Of a stretch of DNA of 64,000 nt, positions 51,301 to 59,077 are shown one piece after another. The translations under genes and the position numbers were made by a program. Under the pieces are notes generated by a model. That model searched no databases and was not told where the DNA came from. It saw only the letters and a program-made list of their open reading frames with translations. The stretch is from Candidatus Cloacimonadales bacterium (lineage in GTDB: Bacteria; Cloacimonadota; Cloacimonadia; Cloacimonadales; JAIOQZ01), in NCBI GenBank assembly GCA_963665815.1, contig OY762463.1, forward strand, positions 704,001-768,000. Direction: 5' to 3'. Every line of letters begins with the position of its first letter. Within the stretch, counting starts at the first letter, position 1.

Positions 51301-52012
51301 TGTTCTTCTCAGCAACTGTCCAGTACTTGGTCATCAGCTCCATTGAGTTCATTCCAAATGGATCAAGCAGAGCAGCCAGCCATTGAGTATCGAGATCTGT
51401 TGAGAACTGAGAAGAAATTCCATTAAGAACCATCAATATAATGCCGCTGACATAAAGAGCAGCCATTTTTCTGGTAAGAATTATAAGTGAAAGGAAAATT
51501 GCACCTGTTAAAATGAAAGTTGGTAGAACTTGTGTAAGATATGGTGCTGCATAATACATGAACTTTGCCGGTCCCAGTAAATCCTTGCTGACCCATGGAG
51601 TCAGAGTTGCCAGATACATACCGATCCCCATTGCAATCATAATCAAAAAAGCAAGAAGCACACTGGCTGCATATCTTGCCATCAGGTAACTTACTTTTGA
51701 TACCGGTTTCGTAAAGAATATCATATAGGTCTTGTTTTCATAGTCTCTGTATACTGAGTTTCCAACAAACGCCGCAATAATGAACGTTGCAAACATAGTA
51801 AATACCGCAAGAAGCATGTGGTTGAAGAAAGGTCCGTTGTAAAGCATTGTCTCACTGCTACCGAAACCAAAAGACACGTTTACTCCGCTGAATGCACCGG
51901 ATGCTCCAACAATAATGAAGAATCCCAGCAGCAAAGCAAGTATATTGAATACATAGGTAGAAATCTTTGTAAATTTATACTTTATTTCAAATGTAAATAT
52001 ATTCCAGAACAT
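48344..52012 (-). CDS. ABC-2 type permease (two membrane domains) fused to M1-family metallopeptidase
   Basis: Two ABC-2 TM blocks (VYRDYE.., IWRDRE..); C-terminal FPRYGTFAQSFPNTIPYSE, AHELAHQWW..LMSEALAQY (HExxH-x18-E), YNKGSVVMY. Confidence 0.88.
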   Translation of the reverse strand: MFWNIFTFEIKYKFTKISTYVFNILALLLGFFIIVGASGAFSGVNVSFGFGSSETMLYNGPFFNHMLLAVFTMFATFIIAAFVGNSVYRDYENKTYMIFFTKPVSKVSYLMARYAASVLLAFLIMIAMGIGMYLATLTPWVSKDLLGPAKFMYYAAPYLTQVLPTFILTGAIFLSLIILTRKMAALYVSGIILMVLNGISSQFSTDLDTQWLAALLDPFGMNSMELMTKYWTVAEKNTMIVPLESYFLMNRIVWLGISVVILIFSTWLFRFAYKQRVDIRKLFRMKPKAYKDSLSHEDLVLNKTRVPVVSHNYSVFNSIRQFFYMCNTEIKKLFKSPLFIVLGLCTLAMVMSSMSESGQMYDTPLIKVTYIIIGILAGTVSTMSLIIVIIFSGELIWRDREQKIDLLIDSTPVRTWVMYLSKFIAVMFIPLVLYAFAMLIGIITQMVLHVDNIDMFQYTVSLGKQIINISQIVFIAFFFHSLINNKYAGHLAIISFSVLNVFISKFGLEHPLWHYGKGGSLMYSDMNGYGNFWDAFLAYEGHWLLVGLILLFIAEKVVVRGRETGFFKRIKAFPLKMNKPSIAVLSFLMLAMFSTGGWIFYNVNVVNDYTTNKEGIQQAIDYEKTYKKYEHLVMPRFTDVYLEVDIFPEIQGADARGKMVMVNKSDSPIDTLYFNVNSGLEMEQLEVSAKSKRVHENEDRGIYILELENSMMPGDSMNLEFAFKSRRDSFYPTTSLCENGTFLNNKMFTPGLGYSSGGELSSKVLRKKHGLPPKPRMAKVDDEEARMNTYISKDSDWVNFEAIVSTSKNQIAIAPGYLQKEWLDNDRRYFHYKMDHPILHFFSFVSARYEVKKQNWSLPSGKDVSIEIYYDKKHPYNIDTMIRSLEVSLDYYSNQYGEYPHKQVRILEFPRYGTFAQSFPNTIPYSEGIGFIADTKRGKGVNYPFNITAHELAHQWWAHQVIGADVQGAVLMSEALAQYSALMVLEKEHGEAQMKNYLKHELDSYLSGRGYESRAEMPLYLVENQQYLHYNKGSVVMYALKDYIGEEALNGALKKYVADKKWQKAPYTNSIEFLEYIREATPDSLQYVVTDMFEKITIFDNMTESAEYHKLDDGRYEVVINTKSKKFYADSLGVMNEAALTEWIDVGVFAEKTINGEKKEVALYLEKHKVSAEDNTFSIIVDSEPEKAGLDPLNKLIDRDSNDNLIKVKKSDDQSTEQVTRI

Positions 52013-52021
52013 AACGTCCTC

Positions 52022-52903
52022 CTAAACTTCAATTTCAGGTGGAATTGTAGAAAAATATACATGTTCCAGATCAGGTTGAGCCGTTTTAAACTCTTCAGCA
52101 GGTTTATCTTCGCTGTACACATGGATGAGTTGTTTCCCCATGAAGAGGCGTGTTGAAATAATCTGATAGCTTCTGTTATAATCTGGCAACTCATTCTTTT
52201 CTATCAGGCTTGACCAAACTTTTCCTTCAAGTTCATTGATTGCGTCGGCAGGATTACCTGTAACACGAACACTACCCTTGTTTATGATAGCCATATCCTT
52301 GCAGAGATCGCTGACATCATCCACAATGTGAGTTGAGAGAATAACTATCATGTTCTCCCCTATTTCACTGAGCAGATTGTGGAAGTGACGTCTTTCTTTA
52401 GGATCAAGACCTGCGGTAGGTTCATCCACAATGAGCAATTCCGGATTTCCGATCAGCGCTTGAGCAATCCCCAACCTCTGTTTCATACCACCGGAAAACC
52501 CACCGACTTTCTTTCTTCTGTGTTCATATAAGTTTGTTCTGTTAAGGAGAACTTTTACGAGCTCTTTTCTTTCTTTAGTATTGGAAACACCTTTGAGGAT
52601 TGCGAAGTGATCTAGCATGTCTTCAGCTTTGATCTTTGGATAGAAATCGAATTCCTGAGGGAGAAACCCCAGAACCTTGCGAACATCCTGTTTTTGTTTA
52701 AGCACATCCATACCGTTAAGTGTAACAGACCCTTCATCAGGATCCTGCAAAGTTGCGATAATTCTCATTAGAGTGGATTTCCCCGCACCATTAGGTCCGA
52801 GTAGTCCGAACATTCCGCTGTTGATAGTTAAATTAACGTCATTCAGAGCTTTGACACCGTTAGGATAGGTTTTTGAGAGACCGTTGATCACAAGCTGTTT
52901 CAT
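52022..52903 (-). CDS. ABC transporter ATP-binding protein
   Basis: GPNGAGKST, FSGGMKQR, LIVDEPTAGLD, LSTH; start at ATG 52903. Confidence 0.95.
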   Translation of the reverse strand: MKQLVINGLSKTYPNGVKALNDVNLTINSGMFGLLGPNGAGKSTLMRIIATLQDPDEGSVTLNGMDVLKQKQDVRKVLGFLPQEFDFYPKIKAEDMLDHFAILKGVSNTKERKELVKVLLNRTNLYEHRRKKVGGFSGGMKQRLGIAQALIGNPELLIVDEPTAGLDPKERRHFHNLLSEIGENMIVILSTHIVDDVSDLCKDMAIINKGSVRVTGNPADAINELEGKVWSSLIEKNELPDYNRSYQIISTRLFMGKQLIHVYSEDKPAEEFKTAQPDLEHVYFSTIPPEIEV

Positions 52904-53072
52904 AGTATTCCCCTTTGTTGTGTTATTCTTTTGGTGTACCACTACACCAGTACAGTAAATCTGTCAAGAGGAAAATATTTTTTTATTTGTTTTCAAAGAT
53001 TGTATGAGGTTATATTTTGCTTGCTTTGGATCCGGGAGAGAGGAAAGAAGAAAATCCCCCCGGTGGGTGGGT

Positions 53073-53576
53073 TTAATAAACTCCTTTGAATGACATAAAT
53101 GTGAAAAGATTATCAACATGACTAAATGTAGATTCAATCTTCTCTTTCAAGTAATCACGTTCTACGATTACTTTTTTGCTTGGGGGGCAATATGTTGTAT
53201 AGTTTAATGCAATATCCTTAAGTTTCTTGAATTCCTTAAGTAATAAACGGGTTTCTTCTGTAATGTCCTTATCATAGTTTAACATATTAATATTTCTGAT
53301 AACTACAACATAATTTTCAATATGATTAATGACTACTTCAACATTACCATTTTTACTACCATTATGGCAATTGAAGAAATTGGAGCGAAACTCTCTAAGA
53401 TGTTGTCTTCTGTTCCTGAACAGATTATATCCAGATGCAAAAGCCTGTGCTATGTTTTGATTTCTAATTATATTATGCGATTTAGTTGAAGTTATATATG
53501 CCACAATTATAGATATCAACGCACATATTGCTTGCACAATTAATGCTATATTAGAGAGAATACTGTTCATAGACAT
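53073..53576 (-). CDS. Hypothetical protein with N-terminal TM helix
   Basis: GGAGGA RBS, 167 aa, very AT-rich; no motif recognised. Confidence 0.65.
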   Translation of the reverse strand: MSMNSILSNIALIVQAICALISIIVAYITSTKSHNIIRNQNIAQAFASGYNLFRNRRQHLREFRSNFFNCHNGSKNGNVEVVINHIENYVVVIRNINMLNYDKDITEETRLLLKEFKKLKDIALNYTTYCPPSKKVIVERDYLKEKIESTFSHVDNLFTFMSFKGVY

Positions 53577-53684
53577 TTCCTCCGATTACAGTAATTTGAG
53601 TAAACTAGAGGATAAGGACTAATGTCGTCAATCTAAAAATTCTCTGGAATTTTTGCGAACTTTTGGAAATGTGTTTATTTGTAT

Positions 53685-53834
53685 CGAACCTTGATTCACC
53701 TGATTTTCCTGATTGCAGGATTATCTAATTCATAGCATCATCGGAGCGCAAAACTCACTGCCAGTTTCAGTTATTTTTAAATAGGATTTAACGAAATAAT
53801 CAAGTAATCCTTTAATCCTTATAATCATGGTTCA
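53685..53834. repeat. 150-bp palindromic repeat, copy 1 (overlaps the GxxExxY 3' end)
   Basis: CGAACCTTGATT...AATCATGGTTCA; near-identical to 54219-54368 and 54454-54603. Confidence 0.95.
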
Positions 53835-54201
53835 AGGAATTATTATGCACTCTTTTAAATTGTGGGCTCTTACTTCCGAAATTTAAAAGCAAACCAATCT
53901 CAAGGTTATATGCTTCCAAGTAGTTAATAGCCTGAGCAAGGTGCACATCATCAAGATTGGTTATTGCTTTTATCTCAACCATAATTCTGTTGTTTACAAA
54001 GAAATCGACCCGTCTTGTACCAACATCATATCCTTTGTATTTTATACACATCTCCTGCTCTCGAACATGATCTATTCCCTTAATTTTAAGCTCAATTGAA
54101 AGTGCCCTTTGGTAAACTACTTCCTGAAAGCCATTACCCAGAGTTTTGTGTACTTCCATTGCACACCCAATAATCTTATGTGTTAAGTCTTTGTGTTTCA
54201 C
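53812..54201 (-). CDS. GxxExxY protein (PD-(D/E)XK nuclease superfamily)
   Basis: IIGCAMEVHKTLGNGFQEVVYQRAL (GxxExxY), RVDFFV...VEIKA (D..ExK), Q..NYL, GLLLNFG; GGAGG RBS before GTG. Confidence 0.95.
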   Translation of the reverse strand: MKHKDLTHKIIGCAMEVHKTLGNGFQEVVYQRALSIELKIKGIDHVREQEMCIKYKGYDVGTRRVDFFVNNRIMVEIKAITNLDDVHLAQAINYLEAYNLEIGLLLNFGSKSPQFKRVHNNSLNHDYKD

Positions 54202-54218
54202 ATAACCTCCATTTGTCC

Positions 54219-54368
54219 CGAACCTTGATTCACCTGATTTTCCTGATTGCAGGATTATCTAATGCTAAGCATCATCGGAGCGCAAAACTCACTGCCGGTT
54301 TCTGTTATTTTAAAACAGAATTTAGCGAAACAATCAAGTAATCCTTTAATCCTTTTAATCATGGTTCA
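54219..54368. repeat. 150-bp palindromic repeat, copy 2
   Basis: Direct repeat of copy 1, ending 17 bp upstream of the GxxExxY start codon. Confidence 0.95.
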
Positions 54369-54453
54369 GATAATGAGATAATCCAATATATTGTGTACAT
54401 CGTGTCAATAATATTCAATTCTCATCAGTATTGACTAAATCCTTCTTCTGTCT

Positions 54454-54603
54454 CGAACCTTGATTCACCTGATTTTCCTGATTGCAGGATTATCTAATGC
54501 TAAGCATCATCGGAGCGCAAAACTCACTGCCAGTTTCAGTTATTTTAAAACAGAATTTAGCGAAAAAATCAAGTAATCCTTTAATCCTTTTAATCATGGT
54601 TCA
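54454..54603. repeat. 150-bp palindromic repeat, copy 3
   Basis: Direct repeat separated from copy 2 by an 85-bp unique spacer. Confidence 0.95.
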
Positions 54604-54790
54604 AGAACGAATAATAATTGGAAAATTAGTAAAAAAAAATTAACTCACAAAGTAGGCATAACAGTCTTCTCCAGAAAACTATATTTTTTATGCCAATTTT
54701 TTATTGACAATATAATTCATTTTGTTATCAGTTTGTTAAATTTGTTAACTGCAATCATGGCATTTTATATATGTAAGGAAATGAGGAAAA

Positions 54791-55018
54791 ATGGAACATT
54801 ATTTTGATCTTAATCACGCTGTTAAGGCAAAGCACAAGGACTATCATTATTTATCTTACAAGTCTTACGACAAAGCAATCCATGAACTTAGTAAAGGTAA
54901 AAAGGTAACATTCGTAAAGGGAGACAATCAGTTTGTGTCCGTAACAAATCACGATGATTTCTATTTTTTTTTGAAACTTCTTGTTACCGGAGAAGCTGAA
55001 CATCCCAATAGCAATTGA
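54791..55018 (+). CDS. Small hypothetical protein (75 aa)
   Basis: GAGGA RBS; TTGACA at 54704 upstream; ends 21 bp before the tandem array. Confidence 0.6.
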   Translation: MEHYFDLNHAVKAKHKDYHYLSYKSYDKAIHELSKGKKVTFVKGDNQFVSVTNHDDFYFFLKLLVTGEAEHPNSN

Positions 55019-55039
55019 TTTCAAAACAGTTTGCAAAAG

Positions 55040-55945
55040 ACTTTGCATAGAAGTTAAATCAAACAGCTTTGGCTTATAGTTTCGATGAGATTTTGTTTTC
55101 ATCAAGAAAACATTATTGAAAGTCTTTATATATTAAAATTTGATGAAACAGAAAATCGAGTCAACTATCTCTTATATGCAAAGGTATGAGAACTTTGCAA
55201 AGAAGTTAAATCAAACAGCTTTGGCTTATAATTTCGATGAGATTTTGTTTTCATCAAGAAAACATTATTGAAAGTCTTTATATATTAAAATTTGATGAAA
55301 CAGAAAATCGAGTCAACTATCTCTTATATGCAAAGGTATGAGAACTTTGCATAGAAGTTAAATCAAACAGCTTTGGCTTATAATTTCGATGAGATTTTGT
55401 TTTCATCAAGAAAACATTTTTGAAAGTTCTTAATAGATTGAAAATTGATGAAATAGAAAATCGAGTCAACTATTTCTTATATGCAAAGGTATGAGAACTT
55501 TGCATAGAAGTTAAATCAAACAGCTTTGGCTTATAGTTTCGATGAGATTTTGTTTTCATCAAGAAAACATTATTGAAAGTCTTTATAGATTGAAAATTGA
55601 TGAAATAGAAAATCGAGTCAACTATTTCTTATATGCAAAGGTATGAGAACTTTGCATAGAAGTTAAATCAAACAGCTTTGGCTTATAGTTTCGATGAGAT
55701 TTTGTTTTCATCAAGAAAACATTATTGAAAGTCTTTATAGATTAAAATTTGATGAAACAGAAAATCGAGTCAACTATCTCTTATATGCAAAGGTATGAGA
55801 ACTTTGCATAGAAGTTAAATCAAACAGCTTTGGCTTATAGTTTCGATGAGATTTTGTTTTCATCAAGAAAACATTTTTGAAAGTCTTTATATATTAAAAT
55901 TTGATGAAACAGAAAATCGAGTCAACTATCTCTTATATGCAAAGG
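55040..55945. repeat. Tandem array of six ~152-bp hairpin-forming non-coding units
   Basis: Units start at 55040, 55192, 55344, 55497, 55649 and 55801 (last one 145 bp). Each is bounded by CTTTGCATA...TATGCAAAG (one mismatch in unit 2) and linked by GTATGAGAA. Confidence 0.97.
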
Positions 55946-55960
55946 CTTCAAAATCATCAA

Positions 55961-55991
55961 AAGCCCATCGTGAAGGTGGGCTTAGTTTTTT
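55961..55991. terminator. Probable bidirectional terminator between the array and the rfb operon
   Basis: AAGCCCATC-GTGAA-GGTGGGCTT followed by AGTTTTTT; A run on the left side. Confidence 0.6.
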
Positions 55992-56019
55992 AAGACAATA
56001 TAATTATTTTAAATATTAG

Positions 56020-57003
56020 TTATCTGTGATACGGCAGTCTCAGCTTCAAGCCAAGTGTTCTGAAAACCTTATTCATTCCTCTACGCAAAATGTAACAGAT
56101 AAAAAGCTGAGTTCGGTTTATCCTGTGTAAACTGTCAAGAAGCTTCATATTCTCACAATCACCATAAAACTCTTTGAACTTCAGATATGCATCATCGAAT
56201 GAAAAAGTTCTTTTCCCGGTAACCTTGTTAAAGATTTTAAAATTCATCATGTGAAAATCAAGTACAAGTTTGAGCACATTATTTTTAAACAAACTGTAGT
56301 CATTGTCAGAAATACAACCGAGTGATTTCCCATATTTCAGGCATTGCTCAATATCATAAGTCCAGGATTCAACAAGGTTGTACGAAAATTTGCCTGGAAT
56401 ACTCCTGAAAGATTCACCTTTAATCTGAAATGCCTTTTTAGAATGTAAAAATGTAGTCAATACAAGAGCAAAACCAAGAAATGAATTACTTTTGAATTCA
56501 GAAAATACTGATGAATCCTTTTCTTTATTATTGTTAAAGATACAGGAACTTATCAGAGTCATTTTATAGTTAAACTCATGGAAACAGTCCTCAAAAGTAG
56601 TCTCAATGATTTCTTCTTCCCCACGATTAGCAAGAAAGATATAAGCAAAATTATCTGAGTCATCAATGATATTTAGAATCTTGCCCAGGAGACTATCTGC
56701 AATCCTTTCATTATCCGAAAGAATCCAGATGTATTTCCCTTTCGCTAATTCCTTCACTTTCTTAAAGTTTCCAAAATATCCGGTATTTTCCCTCTGACGA
56801 TAATGAACAATATTCAACTCTGCATTTCTATTAACATGTTTCAATATAACTTCATTTGTCGAATCTGTTGAAGCATTATCAGAGACAATTAATTCGATTC
56901 TCTGACCAAAGGGTTTTATGTACTCTATTATTTCTTTCAGTGACTGGTCAAGAATCTCAGCCCTGTTCCATGTAGGTATTGCAACAGTTAAATCTATCTG
57001 CAA
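56020..57003 (-). CDS. GT2 glycosyltransferase, probable 3,6-dideoxyhexosyl (abequosyl/RfbV-like) transferase
   Basis: LTVAIPTWNR, VSDNASTD, N.G...NF, GKYIWILSDNE; last gene of the CDP-dideoxyhexose cluster. Confidence 0.75.
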   Translation of the reverse strand: MQIDLTVAIPTWNRAEILDQSLKEIIEYIKPFGQRIELIVSDNASTDSTNEVILKHVNRNAELNIVHYRQRENTGYFGNFKKVKELAKGKYIWILSDNERIADSLLGKILNIIDDSDNFAYIFLANRGEEEIIETTFEDCFHEFNYKMTLISSCIFNNNKEKDSSVFSEFKSNSFLGFALVLTTFLHSKKAFQIKGESFRSIPGKFSYNLVESWTYDIEQCLKYGKSLGCISDNDYSLFKNNVLKLVLDFHMMNFKIFNKVTGKRTFSFDDAYLKFKEFYGDCENMKLLDSLHRINRTQLFICYILRRGMNKVFRTLGLKLRLPYHR

Positions 57004-57045
57004 ACATTCCTCCGGTTTATAAATCGAGTAATTACTGTTAAGACA

Positions 57046-57765
57046 CTACTCCCAGTCATCAATAATTATTTTTTCTTCAGATACACCTTTTCCCTTAAGA
57101 AAAGAGTTAAAGTTTTTAATCATTTCAACAGGACCGGAAAGGTAGAAGGCAGGATTTTCCATATCTGCACATTTATTATAAATATCTTCAATATCTATTA
57201 TACCTTCTGTGAATTCAGAGTTTTCAGCAGAATTCTCACAATAAACAGTCATGTTAAAGTTCTTCAGCTTTTGATCTATCTCCTTCAATGTTTCATTGAA
57301 AAAATTCTGATCAGGAGTCCTGATACCATAATAAAGCTTATAGTTCTTCTCAGAATTAACATCTATTCCATAAAGAAGAATTGAAAGGAAAGGAGTTATC
57401 CCTGTACCTCCGGCAACCAGAATATGGTCTGAGGCATCAGGTACTTCCAGAAAACTGCCATAAGGGAACTTCAACCATAACTTACTGCCAAGCTTTATCT
57501 CATCAAACATTTTTGTGGTATATCGACCTTTAACAGCATAAGTAATGCTTATCTGAGCTTTATTCTTAGGGGAACTTGATATGGAAAAAACTCTTGATTC
57601 CGGCCATTGAGCACTTGGATCATAATCTGACAATGTCAGATGCAGAAACTGCCCTGGTTTAAATCTGGGCATTCTGGATAGAGGTTTCATACCAATTGTA
57701 CTGACTGAATCTGTATGGTGAATCAGCTCAGTTACTTCTACCTGAACTTTATATGGATTAGCCAA
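57046..57765 (-). CDS. FAD/NAD(P)H ferredoxin-reductase-type protein, probable E3 (RfbI/AscD-like) reductase
   Basis: FKPGQF, RVFSISSSP, G..T, PYGSF, VAGGTGITPF, YLSGP; TTG start at 57765 after GAGGAG, directly after rfbH. Confidence 0.75.
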   Translation of the reverse strand: MANPYKVQVEVTELIHHTDSVSTIGMKPLSRMPRFKPGQFLHLTLSDYDPSAQWPESRVFSISSSPKNKAQISITYAVKGRYTTKMFDEIKLGSKLWLKFPYGSFLEVPDASDHILVAGGTGITPFLSILLYGIDVNSEKNYKLYYGIRTPDQNFFNETLKEIDQKLKNFNMTVYCENSAENSEFTEGIIDIEDIYNKCADMENPAFYLSGPVEMIKNFNSFLKGKGVSEEKIIIDDWE

Positions 57766-57766
57766 A

Positions 57767-59077
57767 CTATTTCTCCTCGAAAAACTTCTTGAATGATTCA
57801 ATAATATATATCATCTTCTCTTCAGTCATTCCCGGATACAATCCAATAAAGAATGTATTGTTCATTGCAAAATCAGTATTTTCAAGATCAGATACTGTTC
57901 TGTGTTTGATATTAAGGTAAGCTGGTTGTCTGAGAATGTTTCCGCAGAAAAGATTTCTTGTTTCTATTCTACAGCCGTTCAGATATTTTGTAAGATCGTC
58001 TCTAGTGAATACGGCGTCATCTTTAACTGAAAGAATGAAAACAAACCAGGATGGATCAGAATTCTCTGTCGCACGAGGTAGTATCAGTTTATCTTCAAAT
58101 TGTTTTAAACCTTCATACAGGAATTTGAAATTACTCTTTCTTTTAGCAGTAAATGAGTCGATTTTATCCATCTGAGAAGCACCAATAGCTGCCTGCATGT
58201 CAGTCATTTTTAAATTATAACCAATATGACTGTATACATATTTATGATCATAGCCAAGAGGTAACTCACCATATTTCTGGGTAAATCTTTTTCCACATGT
58301 ATCGTTCTCACCGCCGGCACAATAACAGTCTCTACCCCAGTCTCTGAATGACCTTGCTATTTTTGCAAGAAGCTCATCGTTTGTTACCACTGCTCCGCCT
58401 TCACCGGTTGTAATATGGTGTGCAGGATAGAATGATAAGGTTGCCAGGTGTCCAAATGTACCTGTCAGTTGACCGTCATATGTACTTCCGAGAGCATCAC
58501 AATTATCTTCAATTAGCCAGAGATCATTTTCTTCAACAATCTTTGTTATTGCTCCAAGATCAATAGGATTTCCAAGAGTATGTGCGATAAATATAGCTCT
58601 TGTTTTATCTGATAATGCTTTTCTGACTTCATCAATAATAACATTATATGTACCAATTTCTACATCAACAAAAACAGGAATAAGTCCATTCTGAATTATT
58701 GGAGCAACTGTTGCAGGAAATCCGGCAGCAACTGTAATAACTTCATCTCCTGGCTTAAGTGCTTTATCACCAAGTTTTTCTGATGTAAGCGTACTCATTG
58801 CAACCAGATTAGCAGATGATCCTGAGTTTGTTAAAATAACATCAGATACATCAAGATAGTCTGATAATGCCATTTCAAAGTCCTGACTGAACCTACCTGA
58901 TGTAAGCCAGAAATCCAGAGATGAATCAACAAGGTTAGTAAGTTCTTTTTCATCAAACATTCTGCCTGCATAGTTTACCAATGTTTCTCCAGGTATAAAA
59001 TCCGCAGGTTTGAAAGCTTCTTTGTAATACTCAACAACTAATTCACGAATCTTTCCACGAATCTGATCTTTATTCAT
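57767..59077 (-). CDS. rfbH: CDP-4-keto-6-deoxy-D-glucose 3-dehydratase (E1, DdhC)
   Basis: LDFWLTSGR, NSGSSANL, EDNCDALG, SFYPAHHITTGEGG (His in place of the PLP Lys), RDWGRDCYC..G..DTCGKRF, GYDHKY.YSHIGYNLK. Confidence 0.95.
   Translation of the reverse strand: MNKDQIRGKIRELVVEYYKEAFKPADFIPGETLVNYAGRMFDEKELTNLVDSSLDFWLTSGRFSQDFEMALSDYLDVSDVILTNSGSSANLVAMSTLTSEKLGDKALKPGDEVITVAAGFPATVAPIIQNGLIPVFVDVEIGTYNVIIDEVRKALSDKTRAIFIAHTLGNPIDLGAITKIVEENDLWLIEDNCDALGSTYDGQLTGTFGHLATLSFYPAHHITTGEGGAVVTNDELLAKIARSFRDWGRDCYCAGGENDTCGKRFTQKYGELPLGYDHKYVYSHIGYNLKMTDMQAAIGASQMDKIDSFTAKRKSNFKFLYEGLKQFEDKLILPRATENSDPSWFVFILSVKDDAVFTRDDLTKYLNGCRIETRNLFCGNILRQPAYLNIKHRTVSDLENTDFAMNNTFFIGLYPGMTEEKMIYIIESFKKFFEEK

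Noticed and set aside
53685-54603. Integron attC cassette array
   Set aside because: AAC...GTT ends and a one-gene spacer are suggestive. However, the cores are TGAAC/GTTCG rather than RYYYAAC/GTTRRRY, 150 bp exceeds the usual attC length, re-pairing the ends as circular cassettes does not consistently improve complementarity, and no integrase is present. Not fully excluded; IntegronFinder would settle it.
54851-55105. 84-aa minus-strand ORF
   Set aside because: Starts inside repeat unit 1 and is antisense to the RBS-bearing 75-aa ORF; likely spurious.
55040-55945. CRISPR array
   Set aside because: Units are 152 bp and nearly identical along their whole length, with no unique spacers and no cas genes in the window.
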